DNA of 64,000 bases, taken from contig NW_003314266.1 of assembly GCF_000143415.4 (NCBI RefSeq), positions 2,246,486 through 2,310,485 on the forward strand, given 5' to 3'. The notes under the pieces were generated by a model. It searched no databases. It saw only the letters and a program-made list of their open reading frames with translations, and was not told where the DNA came from. The translations under genes and the position numbers were made by a program. This document shows positions 39,065 to 49,429 of the stretch, one piece after another. This DNA comes from Selaginella moellendorffii (taxonomy: Eukaryota; Plantae; Lycopodiophyta). The first letter of the stretch is position 1; each line of letters starts with the position of its first letter.

Positions 39065-40864
39065 TGTAAGCAATCAAAGGGAACGACGCGAGAGACGGTC
39101 CATAAGGGTTCAAATACAGAGGGAAAGGGCCCATGAATAAAAATGCACCCCCTTTTCCAATCGGTTAAGGGTCTTGGGATATTTGGGGTTAAGCATCCTT
39201 GAGTGTGAATAGTATTGGGCTGGGTGACCTCCCGGGAAATCCAAACTCAGGAACTTACATTTGGTATTAAAGGGGTCTCGAGTCCGACTCTGTTGGTTGG
39301 CTAGGGGAATCACACCACATGAACTTACATTTGGTATCAGAGGGGTTTCGAGTCCGACTCTGTTGGTTGGCTAGGGGAATCACACCACATGAACTTACAT
39401 TTGGTATCAGAGGGGTCTCGAGTCTGACTCTGTTGGTTGACTAGGGGAATCACACCACATGTTGATTGACATCTGGCTAGTCCAGTTTGCTCCCACTGGG
39501 CTCGACCCGAGAGGTAGGGTGTCAAGAGAGTGGGGCTCTCGGGAGAGCTGCGGCTCTCAGCTTCCGTTCAAAAGGGCGTGAACTTGCAGGGAAGCGTGGT
39601 GGATTGTAAGTAAGGGGACGACGCGAGAGACGGTCCATAAGGGTTCAAATACAGAGGGAAAGGGCCCATGAATAAAAATGCACCCCCTTTTCCAATCGGT
39701 TAAGGGTCTTGGGATATTTGGGGTTAAGCATCCTTGAGTGTGAATAGTATTGGGCTGGGTGACCTCCCGGGAAATCCAAACTCAGGAACTTACATTTGGT
39801 ATTAAAGGGGTCTCGAGTCCGACTCTGTTGGTTGGCTAGGGGAATCACACCACATGAACTTACATTTGGTATCAGAGGGGTTTCGAGTCCGACTCTGTTG
39901 GTTGGCTAGGGGAATCACACCACATGAACTTACATTTGGTATCAGAGGGGTCTCGAGTCTGACTCTGTTGGTTGACTAGGGGAATCACACCACATGTTGA
40001 TTGACATCTGGCTAGTCCAGTTTGCTCCCACTGGGCTCGACCCGAGAGGTAGGGTGTCAAGAGAGTGGGGCTCTCGGGAGAGCTGCGGCTCTCAGCTTCC
40101 GTTCAAAAGGGCGTGAACTTGCAGGGAAGCGTGGTGGATTGTAAGTAAGGGGACGACGCGAAAGACGGTCCATAAGGGTTCAAATACAGAGGGAAAGGGC
40201 CCATGAATAAAAATGCACCCCCTTTTCCAATCGGTTAAGGGTCTTGGGATATTTGGGGTTAAGCATCCTTGAGTGTGAATAGTACTAGGCTGGGTGACCT
40301 CCCGGGAAATCCAAACTCAGGAACTTACATTTGGTATTAAAGGGGTTTCGAGTCCGACTCTGTTGGTTGGCTAGGGGAATCACACCACATGAACTTACAT
40401 TTGGTATTAGAGGGGTTTCGAGTCCGACTCTGTTGGTTGGCTAGGGGAATCACACCACATGAACTTACATTTGGTATCAGAGGGGTCTCGAGTCTGACTC
40501 TATTGGTTGACTAGGGGAATCACACCACATGTTGATTGACATCTGGCTAGTCCAGTTTGCTCCCACTGGGCTCGACCCGAGAGGTAGGGTGTCAAGAGAG
40601 TGGGGCTCTCGGGAGAGCTGCGGCTCTCAGCTTCCGTTCAAAAGGGCGTGAACTTGCAGGGAAGCGTGGTGGATTGTAAGTAAGGGGACGACACGAGAGA
40701 CGGTCCATAAGGGTTCAAATACAGAGGGAAAGGGCCCATGAATAAAAATGCACCCCCTTTTCCAATCGGTTAAGGGTCTTGGGATATTTGGGGTTAAGCG
40801 TCCTTGAGTGTGAATAGTACTGGGCTGGGTGACTTCCCAGGAAGTCCAAACTCAGGAACTTACA
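39065..40864 (+). mobile_element. Tandem array of Cassandra TRIM retrotransposons (LTR-int-LTR-int-LTR-int-LTR; 535-bp period)
   Basis: LTRs TGTAAG..CTTACA at 39065-39259, 39605-39794, 40140-40329 and 40675-40864. tRNA-Met PBS TGGTATCAGAG and a purine-rich PPT before each LTR. No coding capacity. 5-bp TSD AACAC at 39060-39064 and 40865-40869. Confidence 0.93.
39188..39242 (+). other. 5S rRNA-derived domain (Pol III A-box/IE/C-box region) in Cassandra LTR; also at 39723-39777, 40258-40312, 40793-40847
   Basis: GTTAAGCATCCTTGAGTGTGAATAGTATTGGGCTGGGTGACCTCCCGGGAAATCC is roughly 80% identical, by eye, to the 3' half of plant 5S rRNA. Confidence 0.88.
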
Positions 40865-41626
40865 AACACTTTGTTCCTGAGTGCCATCTCCTCGAAAATC
40901 TCCCTCACCTCTCCAACAGATGCATTGGCGACACATCTGGCAAGCATCACATTGAAACGATCTTCTTGCGGGGCATCAATTGGAAAAAAAATCTACTGTG
41001 AGATCGTGGAGACTGGTGGGCATCGTTTGGAAAAAAATCTACTGTGAGATCGTGGAGACTGGTGGGCATCGTTTGGAAAAAAATCTACTGTGAGATCGTG
41101 GAGACTGGTGTTGGCGTAAGCCGCGAGCATCGCATCCCACAAGACGAGCATGTGGTGTTCCATTTGATCGAAGAGCTGCTTGCATATCTCGAGAGCATTA
41201 CATTTCACAACTGGACGTTCCTGCTCGGCATCAGATCAAACGCTTTCGATGCGAGTAGGTGCGTAGGTGGAGATCACAACGCAACGTTTTTGTGAGGCAT
41301 TTGTCAAAGATCTCTCAGGCTACTTCCAAGTTCCCGTTATGGGCAACTGTCAATAGCGTTGTTGACGAGACAACATCCGCTCCATCAAAAAATCCAAAGA
41401 CCATAACCTTCTGGCATCCTTCGGCCTTTATCCATTTGCCCTTTCTGGGAAAATGGATATCTTGAGTCAATCGCAGTTCAAGAGACGCTACTGGGTTCTT
41501 GGATTGATCGTCTCGGGTATATGCAGTGATCATGACCGTTTTATAGACGAGGTTCTCCTGTTCTGTTTTTTAAAAGCATTAGAACGGTGACTTATTTTGT
41601 ACAAATGTATTTTCCTCAACTAAAAC

Positions 41627-42520
41627 TTACTTGATGGCCAATTTCCCAAAGTTAGTATACCAGCTATACCTGTTCATGGTGAGCTTATCCACTGGGGAGC
41701 AAGCAGCAGTCTTGAGTTGTATCGCCACTAAAGTTTGGTTGTCCTTATTAAACTCACTTAACATACCACATTCCTTGGCGGCCCTTTGCATATATTTTTT
41801 ATTCTTGCTCATCAGCTCATCCTCCAACAGCAGCTTTTCCATCTTCGACTGTGCGCAAAACATATCCACGCCATCAGAAGCAAGCACAAGAAACCCACAT
41901 CCTTGCGGTATCTCAAACTCCACAATGTCTGGAACTGGGCTCACAGCTTGTTCTTCAGCTCCAAACTTTTTGTTAGACTTGAAACATCGATCTCCCAATG
42001 ATCTTGTCATGGCAAGCTGCCACATGTGTACGCCCTGTTGAACGATAGACTTGTCAGCCGTGAGGGAACCTCCGGCTCTTCGAACCCGATCCATCTCCCC
42101 TGGGTAAGAGTGTTTGTGATCTTCCGTGAGTTTGATCCACGTTCCATCCTGTTGCAGCAGCATAGCAAATGAATCCCCAACGCTTGCAACAAAAACTTTG
42201 GTGGCGGTGATCAAAGCCACTGTTGCTGTTGTTCCACTGGTGCCCCTTCTGATTAACAAGCGCTCGAGCTCCATGAACACCTGGTGCAAGCTCTCTGCGT
42301 AGTTACCGCGATGGAAATCTCGGTTTGAAGCCAAGAGGCTGCCAATCTTCTCTTTGACATAGATGGCAGCTGAGTTGCCACCATGTCCATCGTAAACGCC
42401 AATAAGCGACGCACTGCTACCAACGATACTCTCCATGGAACACGTATCTTCCATTGCCCATCGCTGACCCTTCTCCATGAAGCCCAAAACTTTGACGCGA
42501 ACGTCTTCGAAGGATTCCAT
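41627..42520 (-). CDS. Intronless protein phosphatase 2C
   Basis: MED, GVYDGHGG, GTTA, SVGDS, DHK, AMTRSLGD, LASDG and DNQT motifs. ATG 42520 is preferred over the upstream extension that overlaps the neighbouring gene. Confidence 0.88.
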   Translation of the reverse strand: MESFEDVRVKVLGFMEKGQRWAMEDTCSMESIVGSSASLIGVYDGHGGNSAAIYVKEKIGSLLASNRDFHRGNYAESLHQVFMELERLLIRRGTSGTTATVALITATKVFVASVGDSFAMLLQQDGTWIKLTEDHKHSYPGEMDRVRRAGGSLTADKSIVQQGVHMWQLAMTRSLGDRCFKSNKKFGAEEQAVSPVPDIVEFEIPQGCGFLVLASDGVDMFCAQSKMEKLLLEDELMSKNKKYMQRAAKECGMLSEFNKDNQTLVAIQLKTAACSPVDKLTMNRYSWYTNFGKLAIK

Positions 42521-42606
42521 TGCTTTTCCCCACACCCTAAAAGCCACACTATTTATTTGAAAGGACTGAAAGGGGCTTTTATTTGGAGGTTTAGGGTTTT
42601 TTGGCG

Positions 42607-43841
42607 ATGGCATTAGCGGGCTATGGCTTGGCGCTCGCGATTCCAGCGCCACGCTGCTGGAGAAGGCGCTGTGGCGGGATTGTCCACGCATCAGCGTCTC
42701 CACCACCTCCAGGTGATTCCCAGCGGCTGCGCATTCTCGAATCGCTCGGAGAAGTGAGCAGCTCTTTGATCGCATTGTCCGAGGCCATGGCGAAGGCGTC
42801 ATTGGCGGTACAGCAGCTAGCGCAAGCGATCCGGGAGGATGCTGGCGTGGGAGTGGAATCTTACGTCTCGGATGTGGGGGATAATCGTCCCGGAATTGGT
42901 AGTGATAATGAGACAACACTGCGATTGCCATCGCAAGATATACAGGATCGCAATACTCTTAGCCATGGCTTGGCATTCCGGCTCCAACAATCTTTCTTGC
43001 AGATGCGACTGGAAGGCCTTGGTAAGCCTTTCGAGGTATTTTTTTTTTCTTTAGTTTATATTTTTTGGTTTTTTTTCTCTCGAAACTAATTCATTGGCTT
43101 TTGTTTTGCAGCTTGCGGCTGAAGAATTCGTGAGTGCCTGTATTGAAGCACACCAGTCCTCGATCTCCATGGAGGAATTGCAACTCCAACTTATTCTTGC
43201 TGATGGCGCGCTCTCGGGTGTGTTTGCGATCCAAACCGATGATCCAAAGGCGAGCTATCTTATGAGCGAGGTAAATGGTAATAGTCTTTTTCTTTTTCTT
43301 GTCCGACGAGCTTTGTTGCTACAGGAAGCTCGACTTCGTGCAGCCTGGATCCGATATGTCTATGTCACAATCTCAGAAGTACCAGTACTTGTGTTAAGAA
43401 AAACCTCTTACGTGTTTTCTCTTTTTGTGTCTTGTCACAGGTTAATGCGAGACAAAATCAAACAGCTGGACCGAGATCAACTGCAACGGACCCCGAAGAT
43501 GACGAAACAACTGGACTGGGATCAAACTCAACAGTGAGAGATGACGATCCGTCCAACGTTTTTGTTAAGCAGGTAATCTGTTCTCTTCAAGAGCTCATCC
43601 AACGCTTTCTCTCCATTCAAGGTGATTAAGGGTGCAGTGGACGAAGGCTACAACCTTGCGAAGCTGAAGCTTGAACAGGTCGATCTCGTTCTTTTTTCTT
43701 GAGCACTAATGTTTTTACCGTGCGCTATGGATGTCTGGTATCCAGGAATACTCCGGCCCGCCGCAGTCACCATCTGTTAGAACCCTGCGCCAAAGCAATT
43801 TTTTGATCCTGCTAGCTTTCGAGATCTTCTCTCGCAAGTGA
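42607..43841 (+). CDS. Uncharacterised multi-exon protein with plastid transit-peptide-like N-terminus
   Basis: Consistent GT-AG spliced frame (..GKPFE/LAAEEFV..MSE/EARLR..ISE/..VKQ/VIKG..LEQ/EYSG..FSRK*). Ala/Arg/Ser-rich N-terminus. Family not recognised. Confidence 0.6.
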
Positions 43842-45119
43842 GGTCTGTCTGACGACAGTGGAGTAGTAAGTAAAGAGAACTCCAATTTTTGTTTGTGCAT
43901 ACTAACTTGCAAGGAGCCCCATTGTCATAATCAGAGAATAGCAAAGACATCAACATCCAAGAAGGAGATATATTACCGAACAAAAGAAGTCCAAGCCTTC
44001 CAGGCAAGCTCTCTTCCGTTGGTCTAAAGGTAAACTCTGGACGATGCCCATTGCGATTCACAAAAGTTTCTCTTTTAGGTGGGCATTCAGTCCATCCACA
44101 AACGCTGGCCGAATCTCTTACAGCATGGAACGCTCAGGCCAAGTTTGACAAAAAAATGGAACCTCAGTTTTCAAGGGTTTGGTGAGTTATTTTATCACCA
44201 GCACAAACACATGGCAAAAAGAAAGCCCGAGATTATGCCTGGGATTTTGGAGCTGTCACTGTTGGGGCTCAGACCAACCAGGGAAAAAAGGTCCAGGCCA
44301 GCCCAGAAAGCAAGAAAACAGTAGAGGCCTCTTTAAAGTCTGTGGGGGAAGCAATTTGACACTCACCCAGACACACACAAAAAAATCACACACCCAGAAA
44401 GGGAAGGGGCATAAAAAAAAAGAAGAGAATATCGCGAAAAAAATTTTAATTTCAATGGTTTTAGAAAGCAATTTGAAATGGATTTTCTTGTCAAAGAATC
44501 AAGATGGACCCGCACAGCCTTTTTGCTGGAGCGCAATTCCGCCTCGTGCATTTTGTTTCGTGTTGGTTTGCCCCGGCGACCCCACTCCACGCACCAGCGA
44601 GTCCTCTTTTGCGAAAAGCATGTCTCCGAGAAACCATCCCCCAATCATTTTTCCAGCCAAAATCACGTAAAAACTTCCTCCATTTCGCCTTGATCAATCA
44701 AAGGCTAACTCCACTCCTTTCTCAATCAGTCCACATTTGCAAAACTTTTACAAGGGATAGAGAAAGAGAGAGAGAGAGGGGGCGCGTTTCTTCTATCACA
44801 CTCTCTCTCTCTCTCTCTCTCCAAATTCCTATCTCTCCAATCTCCATCTCTCCATTGTTGTTGTCCTCTCATCCCCAGATTCCAGAAAACCACACTAGAT
44901 CTGTACACTCACACTCCATAACCACATGAAGCAAGTACAGCATGTACACATTGCAATCCCTCCAATAAATCACAAGGAATGCAGCGCTTTGCGTTGCTGC
45001 GTACTAACGCAACAGGCAATCGCTGCCGAAAAGATGGCATCATAAATCTAGGCCCATCTGGCTTCCTTGAACTGATCCCCACCCATCGTTCCAAAGTTCT
45101 TGTTGGTCGGGCCTTGGAT

Positions 45120-46329
45120 CTAGAGTTGCGAGGACGATCTCGAGTGGACCAGCATGTCCAATCCCTGCGAAGTGGAGGCCCCCTGTACGAAGAAGTGGGG
45201 CGGGATCTGGAGCAGCGAATCGAAGCTGGGCGATGCGCGCCTCGCGTAGTGATCGCTGCTGCTGCTGCTGCTGCTGGTGTTACCGTTGGTGGTGGTGGTA
45301 GCGGTGATTCCAAATCCAGGAGACGAAGAAGAGGCCACTACTGGCAAGGACGAAGATGATGCCGCGCTCGATGATCTCTGCCCGGCTGACAGAAGAGAGA
45401 GAGCACCGCCTTGCGAAGATGTGTTGCTGTTGCAAAGCGGTGGAGGAGGGGGGAGAGGAGGGAGGAGGAAGGAGGAAGAGGTGGAGGAGGAGGGGGAGCA
45501 AGAGGAGGAGCTCTTGAGGAACTGGATGAGCTGCTGGTGCTGCTGGGTGATGTCGTAGAGGCTGGCGCCGTGGAGGGCCTGGTAGATCTGGGACGAGGAC
45601 GAAGAGGGCGATAGGATCTTGGAGTCCTGGTGATGCTGCTGCTGGTGCTGGTGTTGATCCGGCCAGCTGCTCAGGAACGATCCATCCAGGACGTGGCGCT
45701 GGTGGTGGTGGTCGTGTTGGATCTGGACAGCGGGCTTGTAATCCCCTGAGAGAAACACCCAAATCAGTGGAATGGAAAAACGATCACTCTCCCTCTCGTA
45801 CCTGGAAAGATGCCCAGCTTCCCGGAAGAAACGATCGCCAGCCCCGACTCGATGATCTGCGTGGGCTTCCTCCGCCGCTCGTTGTGCCCCGCCAGCCTCT
45901 TCCGGCAGCTCCTCTTGCCATCGTCAAACTCCTCGAGGACATGAAACCTGGAAGAAGAAGAAGAAGAAGAGATACGCAAAGATGAGAAGAAGCGTTCTCG
46001 CCATAGCCACGCGACCTAAAACCTTGCTCTCACCGGCTACACTGCTGGCAGAACCGCTTCTCGATCCCGTCCACCACGCTCTTGGGCGTCTTGGAGTGGA
46101 CCTCGCACACGCGATGCCGCCGGTGGTAGCCCTTGGATCCCCGCAAATCGGTGCCGCATCCCTCGACCTGGCACACGGGCGCTACCTGCGGCTGCGACGG
46201 CCCGCGCTGCTTCTTCCTCCCCGCCATTGCCCCGCCGCCGCCGCCACGATCAGCCACGAACACCTCTCCTCCAGCTCCAGCGCCTGGAAATCCACGCTTC
46301 TCCGCGAAGCTCGGCTCCTGCCGCTGCAT
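45120..46329 (-). CDS. SPL: SBP-box (SPL) transcription factor, paralogue of 15448-16841 (5' end uncertain)
   Basis: Exons 46329-46034, 45947-45802 and 45745-45120. [45 protein letters not shown]; ALSLLS. Confidence 0.9.
45387..45406 (-). promoter_or_regulatory. miR156/529 target site
   Basis: Sense sequence GTGCTCTCTCTCTTCTGTCA, the canonical SPL site. Confidence 0.92.
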
Positions 46330-46769
46330 AATATCGCGATTCCAGCCCCCACGCGACGCGATTCGGCGATCGAGGCGCCAAGAGCACGCGCTAGAGCGCT
46401 AGATTCTGGGAGACAAGGAAGAAATCTCTCTCTTCGCGTGTCACTTCAGCCGATCAAACCCTGGATCGATGGAGTGCGCTGGGGTGGATCTCTGCGATTG
46501 GCGGAGCTCCAAGAATCCTCGCGTCCAGTGGACCGCGACGATCCATCCACCATCGCGCATTTTCTCTCTCTCCCACAGACACTCAATTATCCCGCCTCGA
46601 ACAAAGGGCCGCCGCCTACACAGCTACTATATAGCCAGTCATCCTTTCAAACTTCCACAGGTCGGGGGGTCGATTCCTGTCAGCGAATGTGCCACGAGAA
46701 TATTCCGCTCATTTTAAAATTTGAAGGTTCTCACACGAGTTCTCTTTTTCTGTGCGTTTGGTTCACCAA

Positions 46770-47160
46770 AACCGTGAGCAAAGTTTCAAGCTTGATCGCA
46801 AACTTCTTCCACTCCAGACCAGCCCGATCGCGATCGACCAAAACTGTGAAGTTTCAGGCTTAATCGCTAACTACAAAAACTGTGACCAAAGTTTCAAGCT
46901 TGATCGCTATCTTCTTCCACTCCAGACCGACCAAAAGTGTGACCAAAGTTCCAAGCTTGATCGCTAACTTCTTCCGCTCCAGACCAGGCCTATAGTGATC
47001 GACCGAAGCTGTGACCAATTCAAGCTTGATCGCTAACTTCTTCCGCTCCACACCAGGCCGATAGCGATCGACCGAAGCTGTGACCAAAGTTTCAAGCTTG
47101 ATCGCTAACTTCTCCTTCCGCTCCAGACCAGGCCGATCGCAATCGAAACCAAAAAACCGA
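46770..47160. repeat. Degenerate minisatellite, 6 units of about 36-72 bp
   Basis: Recurrent core gtgaccaaagtttcaagcttgatcgctaacttcttcc(a/g)ctccagacc. Confidence 0.85.
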
Positions 47161-47174
47161 GCTTTCGACCGTGA

Positions 47175-49352
47175 TCAGCCGCTGTAGATGCTGGAGAGGA
47201 GGAGATATGGAGCAGCATCGCCCGGCTCCGATTTCGCCAAGCTCTCGGCCACCGGCATGGCTCGCCGCTCGTCTCCCTGAGCCCGACACGAATCCAGCAG
47301 CGCCGTCCAGACGATCGAGTCCGCCACAAACGGCATCGTCTTGCTCAGCTCCTCGGCCCGCCCGAGCTGCCCCGCGCGTCCCAGCACGCTCACCATGCAC
47401 CGGAAGTGCGCCTGCTTTGGAGCCACTCCGTGATCGCCCTCCATCGCCAGGAACAATCCCCGGCCCCTCTCCACCAGCCCTTTATGTATGCACGCCGAGA
47501 GCATGGCGATCGTCGTCACCGCGTCCGGCTTGAATCCCTCCAAGCTCATCGCCTTCCACAGCTCCACCGTCTCCTGCTGCTGCTCGCCACCATGGAGCGC
47601 GTACGCCGCGACCATGTAGTTCCACGCCACTGTATCCCACTCGGGGAGCTCCGCGAAGAGCTTCCGCGCCGCCGGGACGTCCCCGCTCTTGGCCAGCGTC
47701 GAAAGCAGCAGCGTCCACGACACGGCGTTCCTCTCCGGCATGGAATCAAAGAGGAGCTTTGCCTGCTCCCAGTGCCCGTTCTGATCGTAGGCCGCCACCA
47801 TCGCGTTCCAGGACACCACATTCCACACAGGCATCCGGGAGAAGTAGTCCCAGGCCTGCGCGACGTCGCCGTTCTGTCCATAGCCCGCCAACATCGTGTT
47901 CCAGGACACCACGTCGTGATGGGTCATGCTCTCAAACAAGCTCCGAGCTTGCTCCATATGCCCGGCTTGAGCATAGGCCGTGATCATTGCGGTTCTCGAC
48001 ACCAAGTTGGCCTCGGGCATCCGATCAAAAACCGATTTTGCGAGCTCCACCTCGCCGCTCTGGACATATGCGTAGAGCAGCGCCGTCCAGGAGACGATGT
48101 TCCTCCTCGGCATCCGCTCGAACACCCTCCTGGCCTCCTCGACATGCCCGTTCTGGGCATACACCGCGATCATGCTGCTCCACGAAACCACGTCCCTGTT
48201 GGGCATCGCGCGGAAGAGCTCCCACGCCTCGTCCACCAGCCCGTACTGACCCTTCGCCGCGATCATCACGTTCCAGGAAGTGGTGATCCTCTCGGGCATC
48301 CGGTCGAAGAGCGCCGAGGCCTCGTCGATCCGGCCGTGTGCTGCGTAGGCCTGGATCATCGTGTGCCAGGAGATGCAGTTCTTGTGCGGCATCCGATCGA
48401 AAACGTCCCTGGCCTCCTGGAGGTGGCCTCTCTGCGCGAAAGCCGAGATCATCAGGTTCCAGGACGTGGAGTTCTTGTCCGGCATTGCGTCAAACAAGAC
48501 TCTCGCTTGCTCCAGCTCGCCGTTTTGGATGTAGCCATTGATCATCGAGTTCCAGGACGTGGAGTTCTTCGCGGGCATCTCGTCAAACATGAGCCTGGCC
48601 TGGATCAAGCACCCGGCTTGAGCGTAGCCCGCCACCATCGCGTTCCAGGCAGCCACATCCGGCTGTGGCATCAGCTCGAAAAATCTCCTTGCCTCGTCCA
48701 GGAAGCCATTCTCGGCGAAGGCCGTGACCATCGTCGTCCAGGACACCACATCCTTCTCGGGCATCATCCTGAAGAAGACGCTCGCCTCGAGCAAATGCCC
48801 GTTCTGTGCATATGCCGCGAGGAGCGCGTTCCACGAGACTGTGTCGGGCTCCGGCATCGCCTTGAACATCCCCCGCGCCTCCTGGAGATGTCCGATCTGG
48901 GCATACACCGTGATCATCGTGTTCCAGCTCACGGCATCCTTCTCGGGCATCCGATCGAACACGCTCCTGGCGCCGTGAGGGTCGCCGTTGAGCGCGTGCG
49001 CGGAGATGAGGATGTTCCAGGAGAAGAGATTGGGCTCCGGGATGGCGTCGAAGACCCGGCGCGCATCCTCGAGGTTCCGGCACTTGCCATACATGCCGAT
49101 GAGGAGATTGGCGAGGTGCTTGTTGTGGCGGTGGTCGCTGGCGCGAATGCGGGCGTGGACGCGCTTCCCGGCCTCGAGATCCTTGGAGCTGCTGCAAGAT
49201 TTCACGAGCCGGACGAATTCCGCGTGCTGCGAGGCGGAATCGATCGATACCTGACCTGGCGATTTCTTCTTGGCGCCGGGATGCCGCGGCCGGCGCTCAA
49301 CTAGCTGCGAGGTCACGGATCCGGTTGGGGCGGCGAGGAATCCATGGAGCAT
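47175..49352 (-). CDS. PLS-class PPR protein with E domain
   Basis: 725-aa ORF of tandem 31-aa PPR repeats and an E domain (HFRCMVSVLGRAG..WTALL..YLLLS). Confidence 0.92.
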   Translation of the reverse strand: MLHGFLAAPTGSVTSQLVERRPRHPGAKKKSPGQVSIDSASQHAEFVRLVKSCSSSKDLEAGKRVHARIRASDHRHNKHLANLLIGMYGKCRNLEDARRVFDAIPEPNLFSWNILISAHALNGDPHGARSVFDRMPEKDAVSWNTMITVYAQIGHLQEARGMFKAMPEPDTVSWNALLAAYAQNGHLLEASVFFRMMPEKDVVSWTTMVTAFAENGFLDEARRFFELMPQPDVAAWNAMVAGYAQAGCLIQARLMFDEMPAKNSTSWNSMINGYIQNGELEQARVLFDAMPDKNSTSWNLMISAFAQRGHLQEARDVFDRMPHKNCISWHTMIQAYAAHGRIDEASALFDRMPERITTSWNVMIAAKGQYGLVDEAWELFRAMPNRDVVSWSSMIAVYAQNGHVEEARRVFERMPRRNIVSWTALLYAYVQSGEVELAKSVFDRMPEANLVSRTAMITAYAQAGHMEQARSLFESMTHHDVVSWNTMLAGYGQNGDVAQAWDYFSRMPVWNVVSWNAMVAAYDQNGHWEQAKLLFDSMPERNAVSWTLLLSTLAKSGDVPAARKLFAELPEWDTVAWNYMVAAYALHGGEQQQETVELWKAMSLEGFKPDAVTTIAMLSACIHKGLVERGRGLFLAMEGDHGVAPKQAHFRCMVSVLGRAGQLGRAEELSKTMPFVADSIVWTALLDSCRAQGDERRAMPVAESLAKSEPGDAAPYLLLSSIYSG

Positions 49353-49429
49353 GCTGGCGCCCTCTCATGGCCGCGGCGACGAGACCCCAAGAACCCTAAA
49401 TAACAGAGGAAATAGAAAGGGATGGTTCC

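Larger units (their letters stand above)
38870..41560 (-). pseudogene. PPR pseudogene (paralogue of 49430-51667) interrupted by the Cassandra array
   Basis: Reverse complement matches 49977-51245 in blocks (caggagaacc..gtctataaaac; gcagcctacgctcaaaa). It has deletions and stops, and a ~46-bp unit triplicated at 40971-41110. Confidence 0.85.

Noticed and set aside
39065-40864. CRISPR array or true 5S rDNA cluster
   Set aside because: There are no unique spacers or cas genes and the context is eukaryotic. Only the 3' half of 5S is present, inside TG..CA LTRs with PBS, PPT and TSD.
39110-40936. Repeated 62-73 aa ORFs in the array
   Set aside because: These are antisense by-products of the tandem repeat.
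42521-42931. N-terminal extension of the PP2C ORF
   Set aside because: It overlaps exon 1 of the plus-strand gene and has no PP2C-like features.
44755-44822. (GA)n/(CT)n fold-back as a miR156/529 precursor
   Set aside because: This is low-complexity pairing and no mature miRNA sequence is present.
46770-47160. CGCTAA motifs resembling the ARP uORF ends
   Set aside because: No paired in-frame ATGs were seen, and a simple minisatellite explains them.
47406-49304. 632-aa plus-strand ORF (and similar ORFs at 56169, 50684 and 45982)
   Set aside because: These are antisense shadows of GC-rich PPR or SPL coding sequence with no domain signal.
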